Shown: positions 27,501 through 49,600 of the stretch, piece by piece
Position numbering within the stretch: the first letter of the stretch is position 1
Layout: every line of letters starts with the position of its first letter
DNA from: Styela clava
Lineage: Eukaryota
Direction of reading: 5' to 3'
NCBI RefSeq assembly: GCF_964204865.1
Contig: NC_135262.1
Span: 9,982,001 to 10,046,000 of the forward strand
Length of the DNA: 64,000 bases
Position numbers and translations under genes: made by a program
Notes under the pieces: generated by a model
Databases searched by the model: none
What the model saw: only the letters and a program-made list of their open reading frames with translations
What the model was told of the DNA's origin: nothing

Positions 27501-27989
27501 GCCTCCACACAGTTGCAGGCTAACCCGTTAACCGCCGTCGCATGGCGAGTGGTCCATGGCGAGTTAGCCCTCATGGCGAGTTAGCCTCCACCCTATAAAA
27601 TGAATGCCATAAAATTCCCAATCGAAAAATAAATCTTTAATTAGATGGTTAATTTTATGCAGTTCGAAATTTGTTTAGAAAAATAAATGCTGTAGTCTAT
27701 TACTGTATTAGCCTAAACCATTTCCATTTAATTCAGGTGATTTTAAATAGCAAATTAACAAAACAAAAGTTTTAAGAATGTATTCATACCTCTCCGATAA
27801 AGTAAATGCCCCATCCACTATAGTGGGAAGAACTTTATATTTGTTGATAGCGCTATAAGATTCTTCTTTTTGTGCACCAGTCAAAAGATCAACTACATTT
27901 GCCTTGTGGGGAATACCCAACTCTCTGAGAACCATCCAAACCACTTGTGATGGAAAACTTGTTGGATGATAATAAAATTTTAAACTCAT
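24528..27989 (-). CDS. Glutathione S-transferase, theta/delta-like (GST-F), intact
   Basis: Exons 27989-27790, 25585-25435, 25358-25220, 24727-24528. MSLKFYYHPTSFPSQVVW, VLPTIVDGAFTLSESRAI, FGNHLTLLDFF, LPYYEECH...TIFI*. Confidence 0.9.
25895..27592. mobile_element. Foldback / Mutator-like non-autonomous element with ~590-730 bp modular inverted repeats, in GST-F intron 1
   Basis: Arms ~25895-26482 and ~26858-27592 are near-identical reverse complements (mirror ORFs in the track). 9-bp TSD CTATAAAAT at 25886-25894 and 27593-27601; GG...CC termini; repeated GGCTAACTCGCCATG motif and ~64-bp tandem units. Confidence 0.9.
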
Positions 27990-29154
27990 TATCTACGGAA
28001 TGCTTGGTAAAGTATAATTAATAATTAGACTAAGTTATTTGATCAGAATATAACTGTAACTTGTCTTCGACTCTTCGGTAGAAGACAACCAGCCCCCGAA
28101 TCTGAAGTCAATTCCAGAGTCGCAGTTCTTAACACTTCATGGCAGCTCCTGTCACGAACGAACCGCGGCATCCTTTGCCATGGTTTTATGGCGCTGTTCA
28201 GCAATCAGTATTAGATAAGATAAGTTTATTTCGACTCCATAATCAGCAGAAGGCAATAAAAAGGTTGATAAAAACAAATAAATAAAAACTGATTATAAAA
28301 TCAGGAGAGTAAACAAAAGCCTTGGATAAGGTTATTACCAAAAAGAAGTGGTACGTGTTCACTCACCTAAAACTACTAAATCAAATCATTCACACTCTCA
28401 CACACACACTACCATAGGGCATTAAAAAAATTAGAAAAAAAAGAGAAGCTCTAGATAAATTATATGGTAACCAAAAAAACATAAACCTCCAAAAAAAATT
28501 AGAATAGAAGATAAGAAATGTAATAAATAACAAGAATTGTTTGCCACACCATTTTAATAATTTTGTAAAAATTCCCAAACAAGAGTGAACAGTATTTAAT
28601 ATAAGGACAAAAAAATGATTTCGCCAAGCTGATTATGATTAGTGCATGCAGTACGTTGAGTGCATGAAGAGATGGGCTAACCTTTTCATTCACCAAAGAC
28701 ATGCCAAAATATTGCCAAATTGTAGTTTTATTACCGGTATATTCACAAAGTCATGTACCAGATTTGAGTTTATCATGCGTAAATGTATCTATTTAAACCT
28801 GAAACCTAACCTCAAGTCTATCAAAACTGTATCCATGAGAAAAATGTTCCAATTTACCCAATATTTATCACCACGACATGCCGTGATTACGGCAGCAACA
28901 TTTTATCCGCCTTTAGTTTTCAATTTGCTGCCACGGTAACGGCAGCCAATGAGCATGTATATATGCTCATTGTGGCAGCTCGCTATCATTACCTCGCTAT
29001 TGGTATTAGGTTGGCTATATCTGCCATGGTTTGGAAATCCCGCCATGGTTTTGCGGCAGCTGTAGACCTCACATAATACTTGAAACTGCACTGCACACAA
29101 ATTTTTGAAGCGTGAGGTCCATGTTGAGACAGAAAGACACTGGTTCCGCTAGTC

Positions 29155-29989
29155 CAGGGGTGGGCAACCCCTGGCACGCGTGCCAAACTTGGCACGCGAG
29201 TCCATTCATTCGGCACGCGAGCGAGGCCTCAGAAACGAGATCATTCTCTTTCAGATAAAAAGTTTCGAGACTCTGAATTATGTGATGAAACTCGGTGTTC
29301 GTTTATTCATTATCGTTTCTTAACAATCCGTTATTCATTCGAACTCGTTTTGTTTTTTCATGACATATGGCTAAAAAGAAATATAGTATGACGTAACAAC
29401 TGAGTGAGCTCTCGACGAATTTTGTCGAGAAGAACACTCATTCATTTGGCTACATTGTTACATAGCCCACATCGTCTGTGCCACACTTTTTCTTCATTTC
29501 TGATTGATTTATGAAGTTGTAGCCTACAGCTCATGTTGGTTAGAGTTACTTGGTAACTTATTGTTATAAATTGATTTCGAATAAAATATAAGCGATTAGG
29601 GAAGGGAATACAAGAGAGAAGTGCATAAAACGAACTATTGCGTGATTGGGATGCCATTCCCGAGAATTTTTCATATCTTAAAAACTTTGCAACTGCATTA
29701 CTCTCCATGTTTTCATCTACATATGCTTGTGAATCTCTGTTCTCAGTTATGATTGACCTTTATTAAGTCTCGTATTAGGAATAGCCTGAAAGATGAAACC
29801 AGTAGTTCGTGTATTTCTTTGAAACTTAAATATATAAACCCAATGTAAAATCTCTATCAGCGGTAATGCAGCAGCAGAAGTCTTACTGATATATAATAAG
29901 AAAGTAATCAAATCTATTTGTCAGACTGATATTTTCCCGAATAGTGAATCTTTTCTGCTTTGAAAGTAGAAAAGCATTTCGATCCCCTG
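29155..29989 (+). mobile_element. Internally deleted hAT (Buster/Charlie-type) transposon with transposase C-terminal remnant
   Basis: Perfect 8-bp TSD CGCTAGTC (29147-54, 29990-97); CAGGGG...CCCCTG ends. ~29648-29890 encodes WDAIPENFSYLKNFATALLSMFSSTYACESLFSVM...IKSRIRNSLKDE (hAT dimerisation domain), frameshifted. Confidence 0.88.
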
Positions 29990-32900
29990 CGCTAGTCCTT
30001 TCGGCCTGAGTTATTGCTGTATTATATATATCTAGGTCGCTGCTAGATCAGTACCGTAACATCATACCAAAAGTCGGGGCGAAGTCCGGGAGCCTCTCGT
30101 TGCTGTCATAAGCAACAACAAAAAATGCATAAGTTTGCAAGTTAAATACAGAAATATGATTAAAATTAATGCGGTACCGAAAGCGAACAAGAATATGCTC
30201 TAATGTACCGCCACGTGTATGGATGTTTCCCTGACCGTTGATCCCAGAAAATTCTTTACTTTGGAACATTTTTGATGTTTACTTTCCGAATGTTTTGGAT
30301 GGCCGGCGTTTAAAAAAGTGATTTGTATGTTCAAAACTAGTTGGGTACGCGGGACGAAAGCAAGTGCAATTGAGACAAATAATATTTTTTAGACACCTAT
30401 TTGATTATGATGTTATTTTGCCGTTCGTACGTTGATTTTTGCTAAAAGAAAATCGCTTCTCGCCGAAACATGTTAACCATTCGATATAAAACTCCAGTCC
30501 TTAATAATATCCGAAGTCTTTAGTAGGCTAAAAACATGAAGCATTTATCGCCTGTTTAGTAACTTTACTCAAGCATCAATAAATTTAGGACGACAATTCA
30601 ACAATCAAAAAATGACGAACCTCTAAACACTTTTTGATATCGTAGATAAAATTTCAATATATGTTGAGACAGGATGCATGCAGAAGACGATACTGGCCTA
30701 AAACACAAATGTAAAAAATGAACCCTTCCTTGTTGTCGTAGTTATATATAGATTTCATTTGCTAGATTTTGCAATGAAATGTAAACAGAGCAAACGAATT
30801 CACAGAATGCAGAAAATCTTGCCCATTCATAATACAGAACAATAATATGAATCAAGATTAAATATAAGCGTGAATTATAATCATTACGAGGTTTTTATGA
30901 ATACATTGAAACAAAATTACTACTTTTATGCATTGTAAAGCGCACGTACCGCTAGTGCCATCGAAACAAAATTCAAGTGAATTCAAAAACTTTATATTTA
31001 TGAACATTGGTCAATTCACACAAATTTTCTCAAAATATTGTCTAACTTTAACATGATACGTCATTGAACGTAGGGGACAAGTAAGAAATTTCAAGTTATA
31101 TTAAAATTCCATAGTCAGGTTTCATACGCATTCAGTGTTATTGGAGGGAAGTTACGCATAATGGTGTCCTGATCACATTTAAAGCATCATAATTATGTTG
31201 TTTATTTATAATCAGAAATTTATTTCTGATTCTTGTGTACTTTCAGTAAATGTATTTGAAATCTCAATCAGTAATTCTCTTTCACGCACTCATCTGAATT
31301 TCAGATAAAATTTTGGTATAGAAAAGGTCAAGCAATATTCAAAAGCTTAGACTGTGAAAATAAGCGTGAAAAACATGCGATTACAACGCGATGCATGAAT
31401 ACATTACAATGCGATGCATGAAAATATTTTATTTATTTTTCTGTAAAATGCATTTTACACCAAAAGAACATATATATTGATGTTCGGAAGCATTTATGCA
31501 AGATATCGATATCTCAGTTTAGTAATTAAATGCGCTGAAAATGAAACAAAAACGGAATTAAAACAATTTCTTAAAAAACCGAATTAATACCTGTTAATAT
31601 TATATTGACGAAACAAATTTGCAATTTTTTAAGAATATTTATTTATATCTAAAAGCTACTGTCGTGAGCGAATTCTTCAATTTTATTTATTCAAGAGGTT
31701 ATTATTTTGAAAGTTTGAAAAAGTTGATAAGCAAATAACTATTCGAAATATTATGCCCGATCAGGACAATCATGCTTGCTCATTCATAATTTTTGGAAAA
31801 GCTGAGTTTGAAGCCATTGTTCATTTATAGTCATAAATTTAAGTATTCTTCTGTAAGCTTCAGTTGCGTAGCCTAGTACCTTCCCATATACTGTACCGAC
31901 TAAAAGGACCAAACAGCAAGATTTAACGATAGGGCCCGAGGCATTTTGCAGAGTCATAAAGGGGGATAATGAATACATTGTTAATGAGATTGACCGGCGA
32001 ATTAGAGTGCACTACAAGCTCAATTTCTCTGGTACTAAGCTCACTATTAAATATCTGAATTGTTATCTGAATCAGAAAATGAATTTATTTTTGTAGGTTA
32101 ATAACTTAAAAGTGCATATAGTTTATACGCGGTATTGAGACAACGAAATAAAATTATGGGAGATATATCATAAAAATTGCCAAAGGGCTGGTTTGATACA
32201 AGTGAATTGTGTTCCCGAATCAAACGAAGAGCTTCGCCGTTTAAATAGGGAGGGTTGTAACAAATGTATATAGAATGTTTTAGAAATTATTGTATAAGCT
32301 CACTTCATTTTAGACATATGGAATGGAAGGATGCAGCAACGGTGAGCAATTACGTGATTAGTAAATTAGTCACCTATATTTTTATATAGTTTTATCCCAC
32401 GTTAAAAGTGAGTCATTCCTCATCGTTGTCCGTATATTTAGTCAATCGTTTTACTTACCGGTGATTGGATTTCAGTCATTGATGGACAAGTTCTATGAGA
32501 ATAATAATGACTGCAATCATGATATCAGTGAAAAATATAACTTTCATTCAGGTATAAGCAACTGGTATATATATTTTCTCGTGAAATAAACATTTTTTAA
32601 CTACTTTTCGGCGGTAAAATTGGTATTCGATATTATATCATGAAGATGCGAAGACGTGACACCTTGCAGACTAAATTACAGACTTTACACGACTACCTAT
32701 GACGCAACGACGGTCCCAAGCATGATTCATATAAATTGCGTATCAGGCAGTTGGTTACTCATAATGCGTATTGCATCTTTAAAGAGCTACGGAGAAAGTA
32801 ATTTACACTTTGTTATTAGAATCATTATTGTACGTGTGATATTTTATACCTTCAAGATATTCAGTATCGAATATTTTTATCTAGTATACCTATTTAAATT

Positions 32901-33426
32901 TCAAGCATAAAGAAATATTCAGTAATAATGTTGTTAGTGAACTATATTTTAATTGGGTGAAAGAAATATGGCACAACTTTGCCAGTTTAGTTAGTTTTAG
33001 TATTAGTGGATGAAAACCATCAGAGTATGTAATTGAATATTGAGTTGAAATTATTTCTATATTTTTACGGTTTTCCTGGTGATGTTTTGTACCACAGAAA
33101 GTGGCTTTTATCTAAACCACATTCATATTATGAAGAAATATTAACCAGAAATACATAGAAATCACTTTATTTTATCTCTTATTCCAAATATCAGTTTGCA
33201 TAGGAGTGTTTGTTCCTGTAATATTTAAGTTCATATTTTTATACATCTGACGTCCCTGCTTCGATTCTTCGTAGTATATATATTTGTGAGTATTATATTA
33301 TAAATGCTTTTGGAATCTTTATTTTTTGAGATATTTATGCAAACATAGTTGAGCATCTACGAATTTAATCATGTCGTTATCAGGTAACTTTTTAATTACA
33401 TGTAGTTGACGTTTTGATAATATTTC

Positions 33427-42244
<8,818 letters not shown>

Positions 42245-43665
42245 GTCATTTTACCCATAGAACAATCTCCTCAGCAATTTATTGAATTACAGAATGAAAA
42301 CAATACAATATAATCTATTATGCTATATATCTGTATTGCCTGCGTACGATTTCATTTATGTTTTACTATATGCAGTTGATGGTGAATAAATTCTATATCG
42401 AAGCGAATTTTTTTCTGGTGTTTCTCTTAGTAATAATTCTAATTTGAAATTTAATATTTTTTATTATTACTATTCACCATTGTATTGCCCCGTTGTTTTT
42501 CCAAAACCTCGTTTCATTTATTTAGTGCATTTTATCTATCCATCATATCAAGATATCATACTACGACGTATATACTAGATCAAAAAAGAGCATTTTACTT
42601 TTCAGTCAGATACCTCAATAACCCCACCTCTGTTATTAACTCTTGTATATTACATATAGCGTTGTGCTATAAATATTTGTTATATGGACTCGTGTATTAA
42701 TATATATATCATCACGTGCATTACAAATACCTATTATGTTACCTCACTATTACATTATCTATTCATCTACCAACTTTATTTTATTCAGTGCAATCAATTT
42801 CAAGGTGAATATTATGCGAAATGAAATAATATGAAATTTGTTGACTTGCCGATGGTACTGACTCAGGACTATAAAGTTGAGTCTCAATTATACTGCACAA
42901 TTTATAGTCTTGCAATGTAATAGAACCAAGAACATCGGAGAGTATGTGAAAATACAAAGGAGAAAGTTAAATTCTGCAAGATAAATTGATACGGCGTATT
43001 CATAATTGTTAATAAAATCGGATATTTTGGAGGCGAGATAACATAACTGCTAAGAGAGTACACTGTTTAATTTAAACATCGCCTAAAAGCGTCACAGCGA
43101 GGGTAAATAATTACCCTATGTTTTTGATTGTCTTATATCAAAATATCATAAACGCACAAAACATTGACCAAACCACGGATTGGAAAATTCATCTAACACA
43201 TTATTAAAATTTCAATAACGGACCCCGTTTCTAAATTTTGATATAGCGTGTTAAAATCTCAGACAAATGAGAGAAAATGTGGCTTTGAAGGAGGCCTGAT
43301 ATTTTTGAATATCCCCAAGTGTCCTTTTGATAGTGCTCTGTGGCCATCGATAAAGCCACGTCTCAACGGTCTATAGGTAATCATATTGACTATCACTTAA
43401 AATTTATACAAGCTGAATAACGCGGTGTATACACAACATTTGTTGGATAAAACGCTAGATGATCAATTGAAATAGCAAGAATTTTCGACAGTGTCCGAAA
43501 TGAGTCATTCTGCATGATGATATTAAGGAAGTACGCAGATCCTAGTACAAACTGATGAACACGGATGCAATGCAATAACATTTGTAATTGTATTTCCAAC
43601 ACACGTTCTTGCTTCTACATTCAAGACTAGATATTAATACCCAGGTACGATTTGAAAACCCGAAA

Positions 43666-46600
43666 ATGTCTGATCAAACATGGATCAACGAAGAGGAGAA
43701 GTTCCATCAAAAATTGAATGATATTGAAGTAAGATAAATGTATTGAAAATATAGTTTTCAAATATATGATTAGGAAATATATTCACTGTAATTTTCTTTT
43801 GCAAAAATGGCTGCTGTGTATGTGAAAAGTTACGTACTTTTACCTATAAAGATTACTGTTAAATGGCTCCAAAACAATCAGGAACTAGCAACACCAAGTT
43901 ATAAAATTTATGTAATAATTCTTATTAGTTGACGCCATAGTATACACCACATATAAATATATGCCAACAATTAGGAAATTAACTTGCAACACAGATACCA
44001 TATAAACCTTGTATGACTGTCACGGTAACAGTGGTCCAAGGAAGAAAAATATCACTCGGATGCCTACACGATTTATGTAAGTTACTTTTCTTTTATTATT
44101 TTGTCCAAGGTGCAGTTGCAAAAGTTGCACCTATGCCTTTTCATATATGTCGTTTTAAATGGTAATATTTTCTTTGTAATTAACTTTGATTTTGTTATAA
44201 ACGTCACCACTATTGATTTTCAGCCCATGCAATGGTAAAATAAATTCTATCACCCCGTCTTTTTCTATTTTATGAATCATATGCCCGTAATGTGATCAGG
44301 TATCATTAACTTTTAATTTACATTAGCGATACAGGTATTTTCTATGAAAAACAGGCACCTCTTATTTATCTTCATAATACTATCTCAGTCACGCATCCTT
44401 GTGGCAACAGCCACATAAGAAAATAAACAAGAAGAAAGGACCTGCAGTTCAATACACAATACTCTAGTACACCTCTTATTTAGTCATTGTTTATAAAAAA
44501 AAAATATTTGAACAAATATTTTTTTTTGAAAATTCGGACAAATCTTCGGTGGTTTATGTGTGATATTCATTCTTATCAGTTGACACTCCCGATACAAAAG
44601 TATACCTCCGATGTGAAACTGCAACTGGCAAAACAAAATTTAAAACAAAGACGGTATGGAATTCACACAACCCAATATGGCAAGAAACGTTCACCTTCGT
44701 TTTTTCAACCTCCGAGGCCGCGAATTCTGTGATCAACGTAAGATTTGGGCATTTTAAATTCTAGTTCTGATGTTCAAAGTTTAGAACCCAATATTATCAA
44801 AGCATTGTATCAATTTGTCATGTGTTTACTTCAAATAATCTACGTTTCCACAATAGGACTGCATTAAAAATGAATTAGGCTGCATTGACATAGAACATGT
44901 GGAAACGATAAAGTAAAATTTTTATCTTTGGCAAAACCCTAAAATATTGAAAATTTCTACATGTGTTATAGGTTGATATATATGAAGAAGATAAATTCAA
45001 ATGTGATTCTCATTTTGGTGTTGGACGTTTGAAACTAAGTCAACTTATTGTGGGTGAACCAAAACAAGTAACTCTCGACTGGGGGAGTGTGAGTATAACG
45101 ACAGCTGATTTTTTTGCCAAAGAGTAGTTAAAGAAAAAAAAGTATTCCTATTTGACAGTAAAAAGCCTGACAGTAACGCATCAATTTATATATATATTTA
45201 TATAATAAAACGGATATATGATACAGAAGTATACAATTTCCTATTTATCTACCAAAATTTTGCACTGAGTATCTTGTGCTTTAATAGTAATTACAGTTTG
45301 TATATTGAAGAAATCATTAAAGCAGTATTGTGAGCATTTTATTCAATATTAACGTATTTCACATACATTCTCCATTGTTTTAACTGTTGATCTATCACAC
45401 GTTTCTTTGTTGTTTCATACGCGATGGATACTACAGAACGGAAAAGTTGATTTTTCACTTCTGAAACAATGGAGGTAAATAAAATTTCTTCCATAAAATA
45501 ATTTATCACATAGCAATAATATAATCGTGCATTGTGATTGATGGCTAATCACATTCGGTATATTAATTAAAAGAGATATATCAGAAATGTACCGGTTAAT
45601 ATAAATAGAAAAAGAAAGATGTCTTTACAGAGTTTCATTCATTTGGTATTTAAACCTGATTTTATGAGTGGTATTTCAATGAAAATAATTCAAATAACAT
45701 AAGTTTTATCTGATACCATAGTTTGAAAAATGTAATTTCACATCTTGTCTTCGTGTTGCTTTTTTTTACTCAGAAATTCCCCAGATTTTCGGTTATCTTT
45801 GGGATTATCAATAGAAGAAAGACAATATAGAATTAAAAGAAAACCTAAAACGATGAAAGCAATTCAGAATTTTCTTGGAGTGGAACTTGGGCCCGCGTCA
45901 TTGAAAGAGGTAGAGGCATTGATGTTTATACACACTTGAAAAGCGAAAAGAGGTGATCGCGTTTTGGTTGAGATACAGAAGGTAGCCTATATATCACATT
46001 CTGTGCAAGTTCTTTAACTTTTTTTCTTCTTTTCATGATTTAATAAAGACTCCGACAGTCGCTGTAGCAATAGCCGGAGGAGGCTATCGCGCTGTGGCGA
46101 CAGCTTGTGGGGCAATGGAAGCAATTTCAGAAATGGGATTACTCGGCTCTATTATGTATATTGCGGGTCTCTCTGGATCTGCGTGGTATTTACTTTTTAT
46201 TCACTAATACATAACTGTCCGTATATTCTCATTGGACCCGTAGTGGACATAACGATCGTTTTGTTGTTATGTTGTTCTTGTTCTTTGACACGTTTTTGAA
46301 GAAATCACTTTTCTCTTTGATTAATGAACCAATTGTTTTGAAATTTATAGTGATTAAAGATGGAATTTTCTTCCAGAAGTCTCCCACATTTTTTTTTTGC
46401 TATGACGTCATCAAAATTATGTGGCGCTACCTGTACTTATATTTGAGCATAGCTCTCTCGTTTGTTATGTTATGAATGTGCTTTTCCTCGTAATAGATAG
46501 CGGTATCTATCGGTATATTCGGTATATGTAAAACTTAATGATAAAAAAGTAGTACGATTACTATTGTGACACCGCCTGTAATTTGAATTAACCTCAACTA

Positions 46601-49600
46601 TGTGTCGATGTAAGTGAATCATTTCATTACTCTCTCTTGCAGGTACGTATCTTCTTCTTTCCTTCATGGTTCGATGAACAATCTTCAAAATCTTATCGAG
46701 CATCACGACTGGTTACGTGAACAAATGGAAGAAAGCCTAACCTTGCGTTTGTTCGATATATCTTTTTATAAACGCTGCAGGTCAGGTTTCTTCCAATACT
46801 TGATGCTTCCGATCCTATTTGGTATACCTTGATTAATTCAGTCTAGCAGTTTAGTACGAACACCAGCCGAAATATGTCAGCAATACACTAGGCATAGGCG
46901 TATCAGTGAGGTACACACTCACTGGTACAATATCGGTAGGCACGGTAATAAGTAACCAAATTTGTGTGACGCATTTCGAGCCAATGACGTTAATGTCGAA
47001 AGTGGAGATGTATCAGGATTAATATAACGATTTATTGACAAGACTTCAGTTTTTGTTTATCCACTCATTCGGAACCCCCATATTAAACTTCATCCGTGCA
47101 AATAATTTATCATTCATTTCATGTTCTCCTACTGGCTACCGACAACAGAAAATACCGGGAATTTAAATTAGAACATTATCAGCCAACGACACTTGTAGAC
47201 TATTACGGTATTGCTCTTGGAGAAACGTTTTTAGGAATTGAAGTAAGCAATTAAATACCTGCCATTTTGATAAATAGTCATTGAAGATAAGAACGTTCAA
47301 TTCATTTGCGTAAATTTTATCATTTGTCGCAAATGTTACTTATCTAACAAAACAAAAATATCATAATTTCATGCGAATCATACAGAAGTGACTAACAGGG
47401 TGGGATATATAATGAGCAAGCAATGTAAGGTCTATAATAGCACCGTACGAATTCCAATTCGTAATACAACATATCGAATTTGTTACACCATATATAGGTA
47501 GAATTTTTGGCATAGAGTTTGATCACAAAACTCTAGTCCTACGCTAGTCCAAGCACTACCACATGCTTTTGATTATCTCGGATCATTTCTTTCACAAAAA
47601 TGGCTGAAGTATTGCAAAAATTCTACGTTTTTTTTATGTGTAGAACAGCTCAACACAGTTTTCATCATTGAGGAAACATCTTGAAACGGCTGATGTTCCA
47701 TTTCCAATCTTATCGTGTGCTCACGTGCGTAATCGTCTTCCGATGTCTGAATTTTGGGGTGAGGCAGTTATTTCAAAAATAGAGAAAGAGTTATCTAATT
47801 ATCAAAATTGCCGTTCGACACTTTTCATATCACTCTATTCCCTTCTCCCTGCAGATGAGGTTGAAATGACACCTTACGAAGTTTCGTTTCCGAGTTACGG
47901 GATCAATATTCCGACTGAACAATTCAATTCAAGATGGGGTAACGGTATATTACAACAAAGTTTACCAGAACCACCATTGCACTACATGATGGCCGCCAGT
48001 GGAAGTGCGTTTGCTATCATGTGGAGCAAAAAATCTGACAGAACCGAGACAAGAGAGGATATCAGAGAATACATAAGTTAATAAATGAAGTTACTTTCAC
48101 GTTTAATAATCTAGTCTACTCTCAATTGCTTTCATTACCCTCGAAATCTATCTTACATTATCTTTTATATCATCTTTTGCAAGTCAGGTTGCTTTATATG
48201 GTTAAAATTGAATCGTATAAATCTTGTCGATTATTAGATAATCTACAAGAAAGTCATCACGAGAGAATCGAGTTTAGTGAATTTGATGAATCAAGTGATG
48301 AGGACAATGATGATGAAATTGAAAGTGTATCCGTAACATCTAAAGGTAATACCTTGAAAACATCGAATTACAAAATCCCTCGAACTCAGCAAAATCAATA
48401 TAACAAGAATCTTGATGGTCATTGTCTGTAACTTTTCCTCTGCTCTGTGAAATATCGCCAAAATCATATTTGGTGAAATTCTAAAATAAAACGTGATCAA
48501 AAACAGATGCCGGATCATTTGGAACATATTCTAGGAAAAAAAAAAGGGAATTTTTTTCATAGCGTCCCAAATACTGAAAACTCATGGTACAATCATATAC
48601 AACCAGGTGTAATTATGGGTTATGGTTATATTTAGGTCACCCTATTGCGACCATGATTATTGTGCAGTGGCTATACTGTTACAATCGCCATGAATTAAAC
48701 CTAAATCACATTTCTGTACATTACAAGAAATTAAATGAGTTCAGCGTCCTTCAATATTCTATAAATTAAATTTGAGAGAAGTACTTTTTTTCCTTTGAAA
48801 TAGCTATGAAGAACTTTGCTTCGCCCGATGATAAATGGATCGAAATTTTGCAGCGGAGAGCATTTGCAAGAAAAAAATCTGATAGAAAGCGAGAGTAAAT
48901 CATTTTTGTTAGTTATCAAATTTAAGTTGACAACAATTGGAAATTAATGATTAAGATTAGAAATCGGTGGTATATTTGCACGAGGTATAATATTCTGCGC
49001 ATAAACGCAGATTGCATCCATCATCATCCATAAGAAAAATTAGAACAATGGTTTTCAAATGTTGAACGACATGATGCTTAAGTTAGTGTACTTCGATTCC
49101 TTATGTTGTATAATTTATTAATTATATTTTATTTAACGAACAAACACAAAATAGTAGGCTGATTCTTTTTATTGTTTCTAGTGATATATTTGTTACTTAC
49201 AAGCTGATGTGAAGAAAAACCAAACACATGTTTCACTCGACTTACTTTCTTAGCTTTCCTATGTTCTCCGCTCAAATTATAAATTCACAGCACCATATAA
49301 AATTTGATATCTTAAATTTGTTTGCTTACATTTGACAGATCACAGTTTGACCGTATTGGCCGTGGTCTTATTTTGGACAGAACTGCCAGAATAAAAAATT
49401 GCGCAGCAGATTTCAGAGGGCTTCAAAAGTATCGGTTGAACACTGATCTTATTGTCCCAAGCCAAAACATCACCGGTAAATATTTAATTATTGCAGGCAA
49501 GCTAATATACAGCAAATTTTCATGTAACAGCCCTTTTTTATCCAAAATTCAGCGAGAGGTGAAGTTCGATTACCAAAGTGAATGGGCGCGATTGCATCAC

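Noticed and set aside
25914-27574. Two near-identical 103-aa ORFs (and two 61-aa ORFs) on opposite strands
   Set aside because: Mirror images produced by the foldback arms; no recognisable protein motifs.
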